This document shows, piece by piece, positions 18,973 to 28,099 of a stretch of 64,000 nt of DNA (position 1 is the stretch's first letter; each line of letters opens with the position of its first letter). The stretch covers positions 224,001 to 288,000 of the forward strand of contig CAWHIJ010000003.1 of NCBI GenBank assembly GCA_963829525.1, read 5' to 3'. Origin of the DNA: an uncultured Actinomycetota bacterium (GTDB taxonomy: Bacteria > Actinomycetota > Actinomycetes > JAHEKZ01). The translations under genes were made by a program, and so were the position numbers. The notes below the pieces were generated by a model. The model saw nothing but the letters and a program-made list of their open reading frames with translations. It was not told where the DNA came from and did no database searches.

Positions 18973-19188
18973 CGCTTACGAGCAAGAGAAGCCGGAATCG
19001 CCCAGGCACTCTTCAACGAGTCTCTCGCTCGGTTTGCCGCCCAGGGATGGACTCACGGGCGGCTCACGGCCATTACCCCGGCAAGTGGAACCGGCGGTGA
19101 GAACGCCATTGGCTTCTTCAGGTCAGTGGGAATGCCGATGGTCTACGACCACGGCATCCTCGCGCGGCCCCTCGTCGCGCGCCGCTGA
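18973..19188 (+). pseudogene. Startless C-terminal remnant of a paralogous GNAT
   Basis: Frame reads GIAQALFNESLARFAAQGWTHGRL...GFFRSVGMPMVYDHGILARPL, which aligns with GLGRALLLESFDRFRSRGWAHARL...ALYTAVGMRPLFDNLVLTRSL of the upstream gene. Confidence 0.75.
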
Positions 19189-20583
19189 GCGACGTCGCAA
19201 CGCAACTCTGTCGGGTGCGCCGTCCAGCACGCCACCGCCCGGATCGTCCTCGACGAGGCTGTTGCGGACTGGATCGTGCTCTGGACGCACAATGTCGCGT
19301 ACCACCAGTCCGGCGAATGCCAACGTGGCAGCCACATGCACCGCGATCGCCGCCCAGTAGTAGGTGTCGGGTAACCCCTGCTCAGGTTTGACCTGCCAGA
19401 TGATGTACCACCAGACCGCGAAGAAGTAGATGGCCTCGGCAGCCTGCCACCACAGGAAGTCACGCCATCTGGGTCGAGCGAGCACTGCCAGTGGGATCAG
19501 CCAAACGACGAACTGCGGCGAGTAGACCTTGTTGGTGACCACGAATGCGGCGATGGTCAAGAAGGCAACCTGGTGGAACCTAGGACGCCGCGGGGCAACA
19601 AGGACGAGCACTCCGATACCAGCGCAGAGCCCTACGAACACCCCGGTTGCCCACAGGTTGAGCTGGCCTATGGACAGGTTGACGTCAAAAGCATCGCGCA
19701 GCACCAGCCACGGTGATCCGAAGTCCGCACCACGTTCGCTCGAGAACTTGTAGAAGCGCGCCCAACCCTCGAACCGCGCCATCATGATCGGCACGTTTGC
19801 CGCCAGCCACATGAGAGCAGCGCCACCCAGCGTCAGGAACCAATAACGCAGCCGCCCAGCACGCAGGCACAGCACGAACAGTGGCCCCAAGAGGAGTATG
19901 GGGTAGAACTTGAAGGACGCACCCAGCCCCAGCAGAAGTCCAGCCATCACCGGATAGCGGCGAGACCATGCAAGGAACGCGAGCGCGGTCGCCGCAACAG
20001 CCCATAGATCCCAGTTGATGGTCGATGCCAGAATCATTCCCGGTGCTACCGCCACCATGGCCGCGTCCCAAGGCCGCCGTCTTACCGTGAGCGCGGTCGC
20101 CCACACGGTTACAGCCAGGAGCAGGGCGATCAGGGTCGCGTTGATCGCGTAGTAGGCGCGAGCTCTCGTGTCGGGTGCCCAGTTGTCCGAGATCGGTACC
20201 CCGAGGGCATACATGACAGCACCAGTGAGCACTGGGTACTCGATCTCTTCGTCTCCGGTGGTGGCCGGGTCCTCGACGTAGGGCAGGACACCCTCGTCGA
20301 TGCCGCGGCTCCAGTAAAGATGGACGATGTCGCTATAGCAGCCTCGACTGAACGTCTCGTACCCATCGCCCCATGCCTTGGTGCTACAGGGCGAGTCGAT
20401 TGCCGCGCCAAGCGCTGAAGCCAAGATCGACAGCAGTAGAACGATCCGCAGCGGTGTCCACCACGATCGCCGATGGACTGCGCGCCGTCCGATAGGTCCA
20501 CCAATAACTGTGCTGGCTCCCGCGACGATCGGGTCGTCCCGGGTCGGCAGGACGAAGTCGTCAGAGGCGCGCACGTCCGTCAT
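19123..20583 (-). CDS. Glycosyltransferase family 87 membrane protein (Rv0051-like)
   Basis: PTRDDP N-terminus, CYSDI, IEYPVLTG, INWDL, NKVYSPQF; lies downstream of ponA. Confidence 0.9.
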   Translation of the reverse strand: MTDVRASDDFVLPTRDDPIVAGASTVIGGPIGRRAVHRRSWWTPLRIVLLLSILASALGAAIDSPCSTKAWGDGYETFSRGCYSDIVHLYWSRGIDEGVLPYVEDPATTGDEEIEYPVLTGAVMYALGVPISDNWAPDTRARAYYAINATLIALLLAVTVWATALTVRRRPWDAAMVAVAPGMILASTINWDLWAVAATALAFLAWSRRYPVMAGLLLGLGASFKFYPILLLGPLFVLCLRAGRLRYWFLTLGGAALMWLAANVPIMMARFEGWARFYKFSSERGADFGSPWLVLRDAFDVNLSIGQLNLWATGVFVGLCAGIGVLVLVAPRRPRFHQVAFLTIAAFVVTNKVYSPQFVVWLIPLAVLARPRWRDFLWWQAAEAIYFFAVWWYIIWQVKPEQGLPDTYYWAAIAVHVAATLAFAGLVVRDIVRPEHDPVRNSLVEDDPGGGVLDGAPDRVALRRRSAARDEGPREDAVVVDHRHSH

Positions 20584-20625
20584 TGTGCCGTGCAGACACT
20601 GGTTCATGGGTCAGCGGCGCCCTCA

Positions 20626-22725
20626 CTAAGGGTTCGCACCGCCGCCACCGCCACCACCAGAGGGGCTCGGCGTCGCTGATGTCGGCGTCGGTGTCGGCGT
20701 AGGGGTGGTCTTCGTCGGCTTTGGCGTCGCTGACGATGGCGTCGGTGATGGCGTCGGTGATGGCGACGCGGTGGTGGGCGAGGGCGTTGGTGATGGCGAC
20801 GCGGTAGTGGCCGACGGCGTCGGGTTCGTCGATGGGATCGGGCGCCCTGGGAAAGCCATAACTTCCTCACCGACAAGGGCTGCGGACATGTAGGCGGTCC
20901 ATATCGACGTCGGGTAGCCGGCACCGGTGAAGGGGTACATACCTGCGACACCGGTCAAGGAGGCGGTGGGGTCGCCGGGAAGCTCACGGTGGAATGCGAC
21001 TGCCGTAACGAGCTGGGGCGTGTATCCGACGAACCAGGCTGTTTCCCCCTCGTTGTTCCCGGTCTTCCCGGCGGCAGGACGTCCGAGGTTTGCTGCCGTG
21101 GCACCGGTGCCGCTCGCTACAACCTGAGTCAGGTCATACGTCACCTCGTTGGCGATGTCGGCCGGGAAGCCACGTTCCTCCTGTGTCTCGGCCTCGTACA
21201 AGACGTTGCCGTCCGCATCGGTGACCTGCTGGACGGAGTGGGCTTCAGTACGAACGCCCTCGTTGGCAAAGGTTCCGTAGGCGCTGGCCATGGCAAGCGG
21301 TGAGTACTGGGCCTGGCCGAGGGTGACACGGGGATCATCAGCATTGAGGTTCGTCACGTCAAGTCCCGCCTTTCCGGCAGCCTTGGCGACTTCTTCGGGT
21401 CCCATCTGCTGGGTGAGATCGACAAATGCGGTGTTGACCGACTGCTCGGTGGCGTATTCCAGTGAGATGACCGACCCGTAGCTGGCATCACCCTGGTTGC
21501 TGACGGGCTTGGGGTCACCCTCGAGGTAGAAGGGTGAGTTGCCGTTGAAGGTGCTGGCCAGGGTGTAGCCGTTCTGCAGCGCCGCAGCGACGGTGAATGC
21601 CTTCATCGTCGATCCCACCGGAGTGGGCGCGATGGCGTTGTTGAACTGACTTTTCTCCCAGTTCCTGCCTCCGTACATGGCAACGATGGCGCCAGAACGC
21701 GGGTCCACCGAGATCAAGCCCAGCTTCACGCCAACGTTAGGGGGTGTCGGGAACCCTTCGGTCGCTGCCGACTGCGCCGCGTCCTGTGCCTTCTTGTCAA
21801 AGGTCGTGGTCACCCGCAGGCCGCCGCCGTCGATCTCGTCCTTGCTGAATCCGAGGCCCTTCAGCTCGTCGCGGACCATCTCGAGGATGTAACCGGTTTG
21901 ACCTTCGTAGTTGTTCAGCGACTGGGGGTCCACGATCTTTGGCAGGCGCTTGATCTTGGCCGCGTCGGCCGCGTCGAGCCATCCCTGCTCAACCATGCCG
22001 GGGATGACGTAGTCGAGGGTGCGGCTCTTGAGCGCCTGCTTGGCGTCCCTGCCCTCCGCAGGGTCGTAGTTGCTAGGTGCGCGGATGACAGAAGCAAGAA
22101 CTGCCCCCTCAGCCTCACTCAGGTCGGCGACGTCCTTGCCGAAGTACGCCTGGCTCGCGGCCTGGATGCCATACGCTCCACGACCGAAGTAGATGGTGTT
22201 CAGATAGTCCTCGAGAACCTGTTCCTTCGACTGACTGCGCGAGAGCTTGATGGCGAGGATCGCTTCCTTGACCTTGCGGGTCAACGTGCGCTCCTGGGTC
22301 AGGTACGCGTTCCTGGCGTACTGCTGAGTGATGGTCGAGGCGCCCTGCGTGTCACCGCCACGGATGTTGTTCCACAGCGCGCGAGCGATGCCGACCGGCG
22401 AGATGCCCTCGTTCTCGTAGAAGCCGCGGTCCTCTGCCGCCAGGACGGCCAGCTCGACGTGATCGGGAATCTCGTCGAGTGTCACGATCTCGCGGTTCAC
22501 GTCGGCGTAACGGCCGATCACCGCGTCGCTGTCGTCGTAGTAGACAACCGAAGTCTCTGCTGTGGCCAGATCGTTGGGCTGCGGGACGTCGACCAGCAGA
22601 TAGAGCGCGACAAAGGCGGCCCCAAGTGCGACCACGCCAAGGGCAGCAAGCCCGAACACCTGGCGCCAGGACGGCACAAAGCGACGCCAGTCCGATCGAG
22701 CACGGCGCGGGTAGTCGATGCGCAC
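20626..22725 (-). CDS. ponA: Class A penicillin-binding protein (transglycosylase/transpeptidase)
   Basis: AEDRGFY, GASTITQQY, RKVKE, YLNTIYFG; GSTMK (SxxK), SVN, KTG; Pro/Ser/Thr tail. Confidence 0.95.
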   Translation of the reverse strand: MRIDYPRRARSDWRRFVPSWRQVFGLAALGVVALGAAFVALYLLVDVPQPNDLATAETSVVYYDDSDAVIGRYADVNREIVTLDEIPDHVELAVLAAEDRGFYENEGISPVGIARALWNNIRGGDTQGASTITQQYARNAYLTQERTLTRKVKEAILAIKLSRSQSKEQVLEDYLNTIYFGRGAYGIQAASQAYFGKDVADLSEAEGAVLASVIRAPSNYDPAEGRDAKQALKSRTLDYVIPGMVEQGWLDAADAAKIKRLPKIVDPQSLNNYEGQTGYILEMVRDELKGLGFSKDEIDGGGLRVTTTFDKKAQDAAQSAATEGFPTPPNVGVKLGLISVDPRSGAIVAMYGGRNWEKSQFNNAIAPTPVGSTMKAFTVAAALQNGYTLASTFNGNSPFYLEGDPKPVSNQGDASYGSVISLEYATEQSVNTAFVDLTQQMGPEEVAKAAGKAGLDVTNLNADDPRVTLGQAQYSPLAMASAYGTFANEGVRTEAHSVQQVTDADGNVLYEAETQEERGFPADIANEVTYDLTQVVASGTGATAANLGRPAAGKTGNNEGETAWFVGYTPQLVTAVAFHRELPGDPTASLTGVAGMYPFTGAGYPTSIWTAYMSAALVGEEVMAFPGRPIPSTNPTPSATTASPSPTPSPTTASPSPTPSPTPSSATPKPTKTTPTPTPTPTSATPSPSGGGGGGGANP
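20640..20830 (-). repeat. Low-complexity Pro/Ser/Thr linker repeats at the PonA C-terminus
   Basis: Repeated GATGGCGTCGGT / GATGGCGACGCGGT units encoding [10 protein letters not shown]. Confidence 0.8.
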
Positions 22726-22793
22726 GCTGACCTCTCGGTGAGTCTTCGGTGGATGCGAACGCGCCGAGCGTGTCGAGGTTCGTCCCCAGTCTG

Positions 22794-22815
22794 ACGGAGG
22801 CGACGCCGCCTCCGT
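22794..22815. terminator. GC hairpin between DUF5318 and ponA
   Basis: ACGGAGGCG-acgc-CGCCTCCGT; no U-tract. Confidence 0.4.
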
Positions 22816-22842
22816 TCCCCGCCCCGCCGAAGCGGAGGTCGC

Positions 22843-23277
22843 TCACAGCACGGGATCGCCCCGGTGGGCACGCAACGGCGGTCGTGGCTTCCCGTCCCCC
22901 AGCATGAAGGTCGTGGTCAGGTAGTTCCACGAGCACCGCCGACAAACTTCTACGACGTACACGCGGAACTCACCGAACTCGCGCGCCATCACTTCCAGCT
23001 CACGGGGGGCGCGGATCCGACCCTGGTAAGGGCCTAACTCGTCCCCGAAGACATAGCTGAGCTCGGTCAGTTCGTCGCCACGACAGACAGGACACGGTCG
23101 GTCAGCCGGAACGCCGTGATTCTCGGCCGCCCGAAGCAGGTAAGGATCGGCATCACACAGATCGGCAGTGAACGCTTGGCCTCGGCGCAGGTCAGCAAGT
23201 GCAGCACGCCGCTGCAGCGCGTAGTCGATCACTGCTCGCTGCGACCAGACAGCCCCTTGGCCGGCCCCCCTAGACAT
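22843..23277 (-). CDS. DUF5318 family protein (Rv0049-like)
   Basis: VIDYALQRRA, CDADPYLLRAA, CPVC, VYVVEVCRRCSWNYL. Confidence 0.9.
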   Translation of the reverse strand: MSRGAGQGAVWSQRAVIDYALQRRAALADLRRGQAFTADLCDADPYLLRAAENHGVPADRPCPVCRGDELTELSYVFGDELGPYQGRIRAPRELEVMAREFGEFRVYVVEVCRRCSWNYLTTTFMLGDGKPRPPLRAHRGDPVL

Positions 23278-23375
23278 CCCCCGAGGGTACGTCTGCCAGG
23301 ACAACTACGCCCGTGAACGGCGAGTGGATTTGCGCTGGCCGGTGGGCGACGTGTAGCGTCACGACGCATCGCCTC

Positions 23376-23396
23376 GATGTATCGGCGCGATACATC
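23376..23396. promoter_or_regulatory. Perfect inverted repeat, probable PadR operator
   Basis: GATGTATCG-gcg-CGATACATC, 27 nt upstream of the padR ATG. Confidence 0.75.
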
Positions 23397-23423
23397 AGCC
23401 TTACGGAAAACGCTGGGAGACTC

Positions 23424-24023
23424 ATGGCCAAGCGCAGTGGCGTCCTCGAGCTCGCCGTGCTCGGACTCCTCCATGAGTCCCCGATGCACGGCTACGAGCT
23501 GCGTAAGCGCCTCTCCAGCCAGCTCGGAGCCTTCCGCGCACTCTCCTACGGCTCGCTCTACCCCTGCCTCAAGGACCTCGTACGCCAGGGCCTGATCACC
23601 GAGTCTGCCGATCCGGGCGAAGGCGGTACCCGCCGCTCGAAGATCGTCTACCAGCTCACCGCTGACGGCAAGGAGCACTTCCAGCAGCTGCTCGCCGAGT
23701 CCGGCCCAGCTGCGTGGGATGACGAGACCTTCGGCGTTCGCTTCGCCTTCTTCGGCCGCACTGACGCCGACACCCGGATGCGCATACTCGTCGGACGGCG
23801 AGGTCGGCTTGAGGAGCGCCTCGACAACCTCAAGGGCTCATTCGCTCGCACCCGCGAGCGACTCGACGACTACACCACCGCGCTTCAGAACCATGGCCTC
23901 GACTCCGTCGAGCGCGAGGTTCGCTGGCTCAATGAGCTGATCGATGACGAGCGCAACCGCAAGCAGACCGGCACAACATCAGGCTCTGGGGCTCTAGGCC
24001 TCGGGGACACGACAAAGGAGTAA
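23424..24023 (+). CDS. PadR family transcriptional regulator (Rv0047c-like)
   Basis: [28 protein letters not shown]; directly upstream of ino1. Confidence 0.93.
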   Translation: MAKRSGVLELAVLGLLHESPMHGYELRKRLSSQLGAFRALSYGSLYPCLKDLVRQGLITESADPGEGGTRRSKIVYQLTADGKEHFQQLLAESGPAAWDDETFGVRFAFFGRTDADTRMRILVGRRGRLEERLDNLKGSFARTRERLDDYTTALQNHGLDSVEREVRWLNELIDDERNRKQTGTTSGSGALGLGDTTKE

Positions 24024-24025
24024 CC

Positions 24026-25099
24026 ATGGGTTCGGTACGCGTAGCCATCGCGGGCGTCGGCAACTGCGCCGCATCGCTCGTGCAAGGCGTCGAGTACTAC
24101 AAGGACGCCGATCCCGCCGCGCGCGTCCCCGGCTTGATGCACGTCCAGCTCGGCGACTACCACGTCAGCGACGTTGAGTTCGTGGCCAGCTTCGACGTCG
24201 ACGCGAAGAAGGTGGGCCAAGATCTCTCGCATGCCATTCTGGCCAGCGAGAACAACACCATCAAGATCTGCGAAGTGCCGCCAACCGGCATCACGGTTCA
24301 GCGTGGTCCGACCCTCGATGGCCTCGGCAAGTACTACCTCGAGACCATCACCGAGTCGGACGAGGAGCCTGTCGACGTCGCCCAGGCGCTGCGCGACGCA
24401 AGGGTTGACGTTCTCGTCTGCTACCTGCCTGTCGGCTCAGAAGCGGCTGCGCGGTACTACGCGCAAGCGGCGATCGATGCCGGTGTTGCCTTCGTCAACG
24501 CACTTCCGGTCTTTATTGCTGGCACGAAGGAATGGGCTGACAAGTTCACCGCCGCGGGCGTACCGATCGTTGGCGACGACATCAAGTCGCAGGTCGGCGC
24601 CACCATCACCCACCGTGTGCTTGCCAAGCTCTTCGAGGACCGTGGAGTCATCGTCGACCGAACCATGCAGCTCAACGTGGGCGGCAACATGGACTTCAAG
24701 AACATGCTCGAGCGCGAGCGCCTCGAGTCGAAGAAGATCTCCAAGACCCAGGCTGTTACCTCGCAGCTCAAGCATGATCTCGGCAAGGACAACGTCCACA
24801 TCGGTCCGTCCGACTACGTTGCCTGGCTCGATGACCGTAAATGGGCGTTCGTCCGTCTTGAGGGTCGCGCCTTCGGTGACGTTCCGCTGAGCCTGGAGTA
24901 CAAGCTGGAGGTCTGGGACTCCCCGAACTCAGCTGGCGTGATCATCGACGCTGTCCGCTGTGCCAAGATCGCCCTGGATCGCGGGATCGGTGGTCCCATT
25001 CTTTCGGCCAGCAGCTACTTCATGAAGTCGCCGCCGGTTCAGTACTACGACGACGAAGCCCGCGATGCCGTCGAGGCATTCATCGCCGGTACTGACTGA
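24026..25099 (+). CDS. ino1: myo-inositol-1-phosphate synthase
   Basis: [45 protein letters not shown]. Confidence 0.98.
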   Translation: MGSVRVAIAGVGNCAASLVQGVEYYKDADPAARVPGLMHVQLGDYHVSDVEFVASFDVDAKKVGQDLSHAILASENNTIKICEVPPTGITVQRGPTLDGLGKYYLETITESDEEPVDVAQALRDARVDVLVCYLPVGSEAAARYYAQAAIDAGVAFVNALPVFIAGTKEWADKFTAAGVPIVGDDIKSQVGATITHRVLAKLFEDRGVIVDRTMQLNVGGNMDFKNMLERERLESKKISKTQAVTSQLKHDLGKDNVHIGPSDYVAWLDDRKWAFVRLEGRAFGDVPLSLEYKLEVWDSPNSAGVIIDAVRCAKIALDRGIGGPILSASSYFMKSPPVQYYDDEARDAVEAFIAGTD

Positions 25100-25116
25100 C
25101 CACGAACGCGTGATTG

Positions 25117-25142
25117 GGCCCCAGGAGTGTTCTCCTGGGGCC
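25117..25142 (+). terminator. Intrinsic terminator hairpin after ino1
   Basis: GGCCCCAGGAG-tgtt-CTCCTGGGGCC followed by TAATCGTTTGT. Confidence 0.75.
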
Positions 25143-25255
25143 TAATCGTTTGTCCTGCTCTCGCTACTTGATGGTCTTCTCAATCGATGTGGCACGACGT
25201 CGAGCGGGGTGCAACCGATGACCGGCGTCCGTCGAGGGAGCCTAGGCTCGTGTTG

Positions 25256-26539
25256 ATGGTCACTCCGAACGTGCGAGCCCTCCGCGGGCTCGCCGACTTC
25301 CGCGCGCTGCTCCGCGTTCGGCTCGTCGGACAGATCTCCGACGGATTGCTCCAAGCAGGTCTCGTCGGTGTCGTCCTCTTCGCCCCAGAGCGTGCTCCGT
25401 CACCGACGCGGATCGCAGTGGGTTTCGCGGTGCTGCTCCTGCCCTTCTGCCTGGTGGCGCCGTTTGCCGGTGTCCTTCTCGACCGCTGGTCGCGCGTCCG
25501 GGTACTCGCCTGGGCCAACCTCGCGCGAGCTTTGCTGATCATGGTGACGGCGGTCGCCACGGCCGTGTCGGCGCCAGAGAGCGTGATCTTCGGAAGCGCC
25601 CTCGTGGCGATCGGCCTCAACCGTCTCGTCCTGGCTGCACTTGGCGCCTCGCTGCCACGCACCGTGCCCACTGATCTCCTGGTCTCGGCAAATGCCCTCG
25701 CCCCGACGCTCGGCACCGTCGCGACGGTCGGTGGGGCTGGCCTCGGGCTCGTGCTGCGCTGGTCCCTGGACGCGTCAGGGGATGCCGCTCCCTTCGCCGC
25801 CGCTGCCCTCGGCTATCTGTTCGCCGTGCTGGCGACTCGCAGCTTTGCCGCGGATGCCCTCGGACCGGAGCAAGATGGGTCAGGAGCTCGGACTCCCCGT
25901 CCCACCATCCTCGGCAGCGCGTGGGCCGACATATGCTCGGGCACCGCCCAAATCGGGGGGTCCATGCCCGCCAGACGCGCACTCGGGGTGATGGCTGCCA
26001 ACCGGCTGCTGTTCGGTGCCTTCACCGTCTGGACAGTCATCGTGATCCGCTTCCGCCTGGACGGCACGAGCAGCGATGAGGGGAGTGCGCTGGCCGCGCT
26101 TGCCGGAATCGCGGTGGCCGTCGGCCTTGGACTGCTCGGCGCAGCTGTCAGCGCGCCGGCACTCGTCAGACGTCGAGGCCCACGCCGCGCGACTGCCGTC
26201 GCCCTTCTGGTGGCGGCGTTCGGTGCATTCGTCCCCCTTCTGGAGCTGCGGCTCGGCGCCTACCTCGTCTCCTGGGTGCTGATCGGGGCAGGCGCGCAGG
26301 TGCTCAAGATCACCGTTGACACCGTCTTGCAGCGGGCCGTCGTCGACGACGTCCGGGGGCGCGTCTTCATCGCCTACGACATCGTCTTCAACGTCGCGTT
26401 CGTCCTAGGCGCTGCCGTGGTCGCCGTCCTTCCACTCAGCATGCTCGGCGGCGTGGGGGTAGCGGCGGTCGTCGGCGCCAGCTACCTCCTGCTCGGAACC
26501 GCAGCCTGGTGGACACGTCAGCCGAGGTCGGCTCACTGA
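25256..26539 (+). CDS. MFS transporter (Rv0037c-like)
   Basis: Multi-TM protein with PFAGVLLDRWSR and DDVRGRVF; TAGGCT -10 just upstream. Confidence 0.87.
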   Translation: MVTPNVRALRGLADFRALLRVRLVGQISDGLLQAGLVGVVLFAPERAPSPTRIAVGFAVLLLPFCLVAPFAGVLLDRWSRVRVLAWANLARALLIMVTAVATAVSAPESVIFGSALVAIGLNRLVLAALGASLPRTVPTDLLVSANALAPTLGTVATVGGAGLGLVLRWSLDASGDAAPFAAAALGYLFAVLATRSFAADALGPEQDGSGARTPRPTILGSAWADICSGTAQIGGSMPARRALGVMAANRLLFGAFTVWTVIVIRFRLDGTSSDEGSALAALAGIAVAVGLGLLGAAVSAPALVRRRGPRRATAVALLVAAFGAFVPLLELRLGAYLVSWVLIGAGAQVLKITVDTVLQRAVVDDVRGRVFIAYDIVFNVAFVLGAAVVAVLPLSMLGGVGVAAVVGASYLLLGTAAWWTRQPRSAH

Positions 26540-28020
26540 CGGGCGTCCCACCACGTGCGCAGCACCTCGACGGCCTCGTCTCGATCGAGCGGCCCCCGGT
26601 CGAGGCGCGTCTCGAGCAGATGCTGATAGGCCTCACCGACGGCTCGACCCGGTGGAATCCCCAAGATCTGCATGATCTCGTTTCCATCGAGGTCGGGCCG
26701 AATGGCCGCGAGCTCCTCGGCTTCGGCAAGCGTGGCGATGCGCTCCTCGAGGCTGGTGTAGGCCGCTGCCAGCGACGCCGCCTTCCGACGGTTGCGCGTC
26801 GTGCAGTCAGCGCGGGTGAGTGAGTGCAGCCGGGTCAACAAGGGCCCCGCGTCACGGACGTAACGACGCACGGCCGAATCGGTCCATTCGCCATCGGCAT
26901 ACCCATGGAAGCGGAGGTGCAGCTCGACGAGCAGTGCGACATCCTCGACAAGGTCTTTGGGGTAGCGCAGTGCCTTCATCCGCTTTCGGGTCATGCGTGC
27001 ACCAACCATCTCGTGGTGGTGGAACGACACGCCTCCTCCGGCTTCGAACCTACGCGTGGCCGGCTTACCGATGTCATGCAGCAGGGCTGCGAGACGCAGC
27101 GTCAAGTCCGGTCCGTCCGGCTCCAGGTCAATCGCCTGCTCCACGACCGTTAACGTGTGCTCGTAGACGTCCTTGTGTCGGTGGTGCTCGTCGATTTCCA
27201 GCTGCAGGGCCGGCAGTTCAGGGATGAACTGGTCGGCAAGCTTGGTGTCAACGAGGATGCGCAGCCCGGCGCGTGGATTGTCCGAAAGCACAAGCTTGGA
27301 GAACTCGTCTCGGATTCGCTCGGCCGACACTATTGAGAGCCGCTCAGCCATCCCCACGATCGCTCGCAGCACCGACGCCTCGACCTCGAAGTCGAGCTGC
27401 GCCGCAAAGCGGGCAGCGCGCAGCATCCGCAGGGGGTCGTCGTCGAACGAATCCTCTGGACGTCCGGGAGTGCGCAGCTGTCCTGAAGCCAGGTCGTTGA
27501 CCCCATTGAACGGATCGACGAACCTCAGATCGGGAAGCGTGACGGCCATTGCGTTCACCGTGAAGTCTCGGCGACCGAGATCTCCCTGCAGCGAAGTGCC
27601 GTACTCGACGACCGGCTTGCGTGATTCGACGTCGTACTTCTCGGTGCGATAGGTCGTGATCTCGCAGGTCAGCTGGCCGATCCGGGCACCGATCGTGCCG
27701 AACGCCTTACCGATGTCCCACAGCGCGTCCACGTGCCCGGCCAGGAGGAGCTCGACCTCATCAGGATGTGCCGATGTCGTGAAGTCCAGATCGTTTCCAA
27801 GGCGGCCGAGCAGAGCATCGCGCACTGAGCCTCCGACGAGGCTTATCTCGTGACCCGAATCGGCAAAGTGCTCACCGAAGGCAGTGATGACGGGGGAGAC
27901 CCGGACCAGCTCGGCGATGGCCCGCTCGCGGGCGGCACCATCACGGGAGGGAGACACGGGAGTCCAGCCTAACCGGCGACGATCCTCAGGCTTCTTGCGC
28001 ACCGACATCGAGTCCATCAC
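26533..28020 (-). CDS. cca: CCA tRNA nucleotidyltransferase (PcnA-type, HD domain)
   Basis: LVGGSVRD, DLDFTT, RRDFTVNAMA, DDPLRMLR, LLHDIGKP; exact start uncertain. Confidence 0.94.
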   Translation of the reverse strand: MMDSMSVRKKPEDRRRLGWTPVSPSRDGAARERAIAELVRVSPVITAFGEHFADSGHEISLVGGSVRDALLGRLGNDLDFTTSAHPDEVELLLAGHVDALWDIGKAFGTIGARIGQLTCEITTYRTEKYDVESRKPVVEYGTSLQGDLGRRDFTVNAMAVTLPDLRFVDPFNGVNDLASGQLRTPGRPEDSFDDDPLRMLRAARFAAQLDFEVEASVLRAIVGMAERLSIVSAERIRDEFSKLVLSDNPRAGLRILVDTKLADQFIPELPALQLEIDEHHRHKDVYEHTLTVVEQAIDLEPDGPDLTLRLAALLHDIGKPATRRFEAGGGVSFHHHEMVGARMTRKRMKALRYPKDLVEDVALLVELHLRFHGYADGEWTDSAVRRYVRDAGPLLTRLHSLTRADCTTRNRRKAASLAAAYTSLEERIATLAEAEELAAIRPDLDGNEIMQILGIPPGRAVGEAYQHLLETRLDRGPLDRDEAVEVLRTWWDARQ

Positions 28021-28099
28021 CCTCGGGCAGCCGCGAGGTCTTGCGCGTCGGCAAGGTATGAGGGCCTCGGCAGCTGCTCCCGCTGGCTACCATCGCAGC

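Noticed and set aside
20640-20830. Periodic repeats as a CRISPR or VNTR system
   Set aside because: They are an in-frame Pro/Ser/Thr linker of PonA, with no spacers and no cas genes.
22726-22846. Frameshifted longer PonA starting at the GTG overlapping the DUF5318 stop
   Set aside because: An AGAGGT SD-like element precedes GTG 22725 and the upstream frames show no homology.
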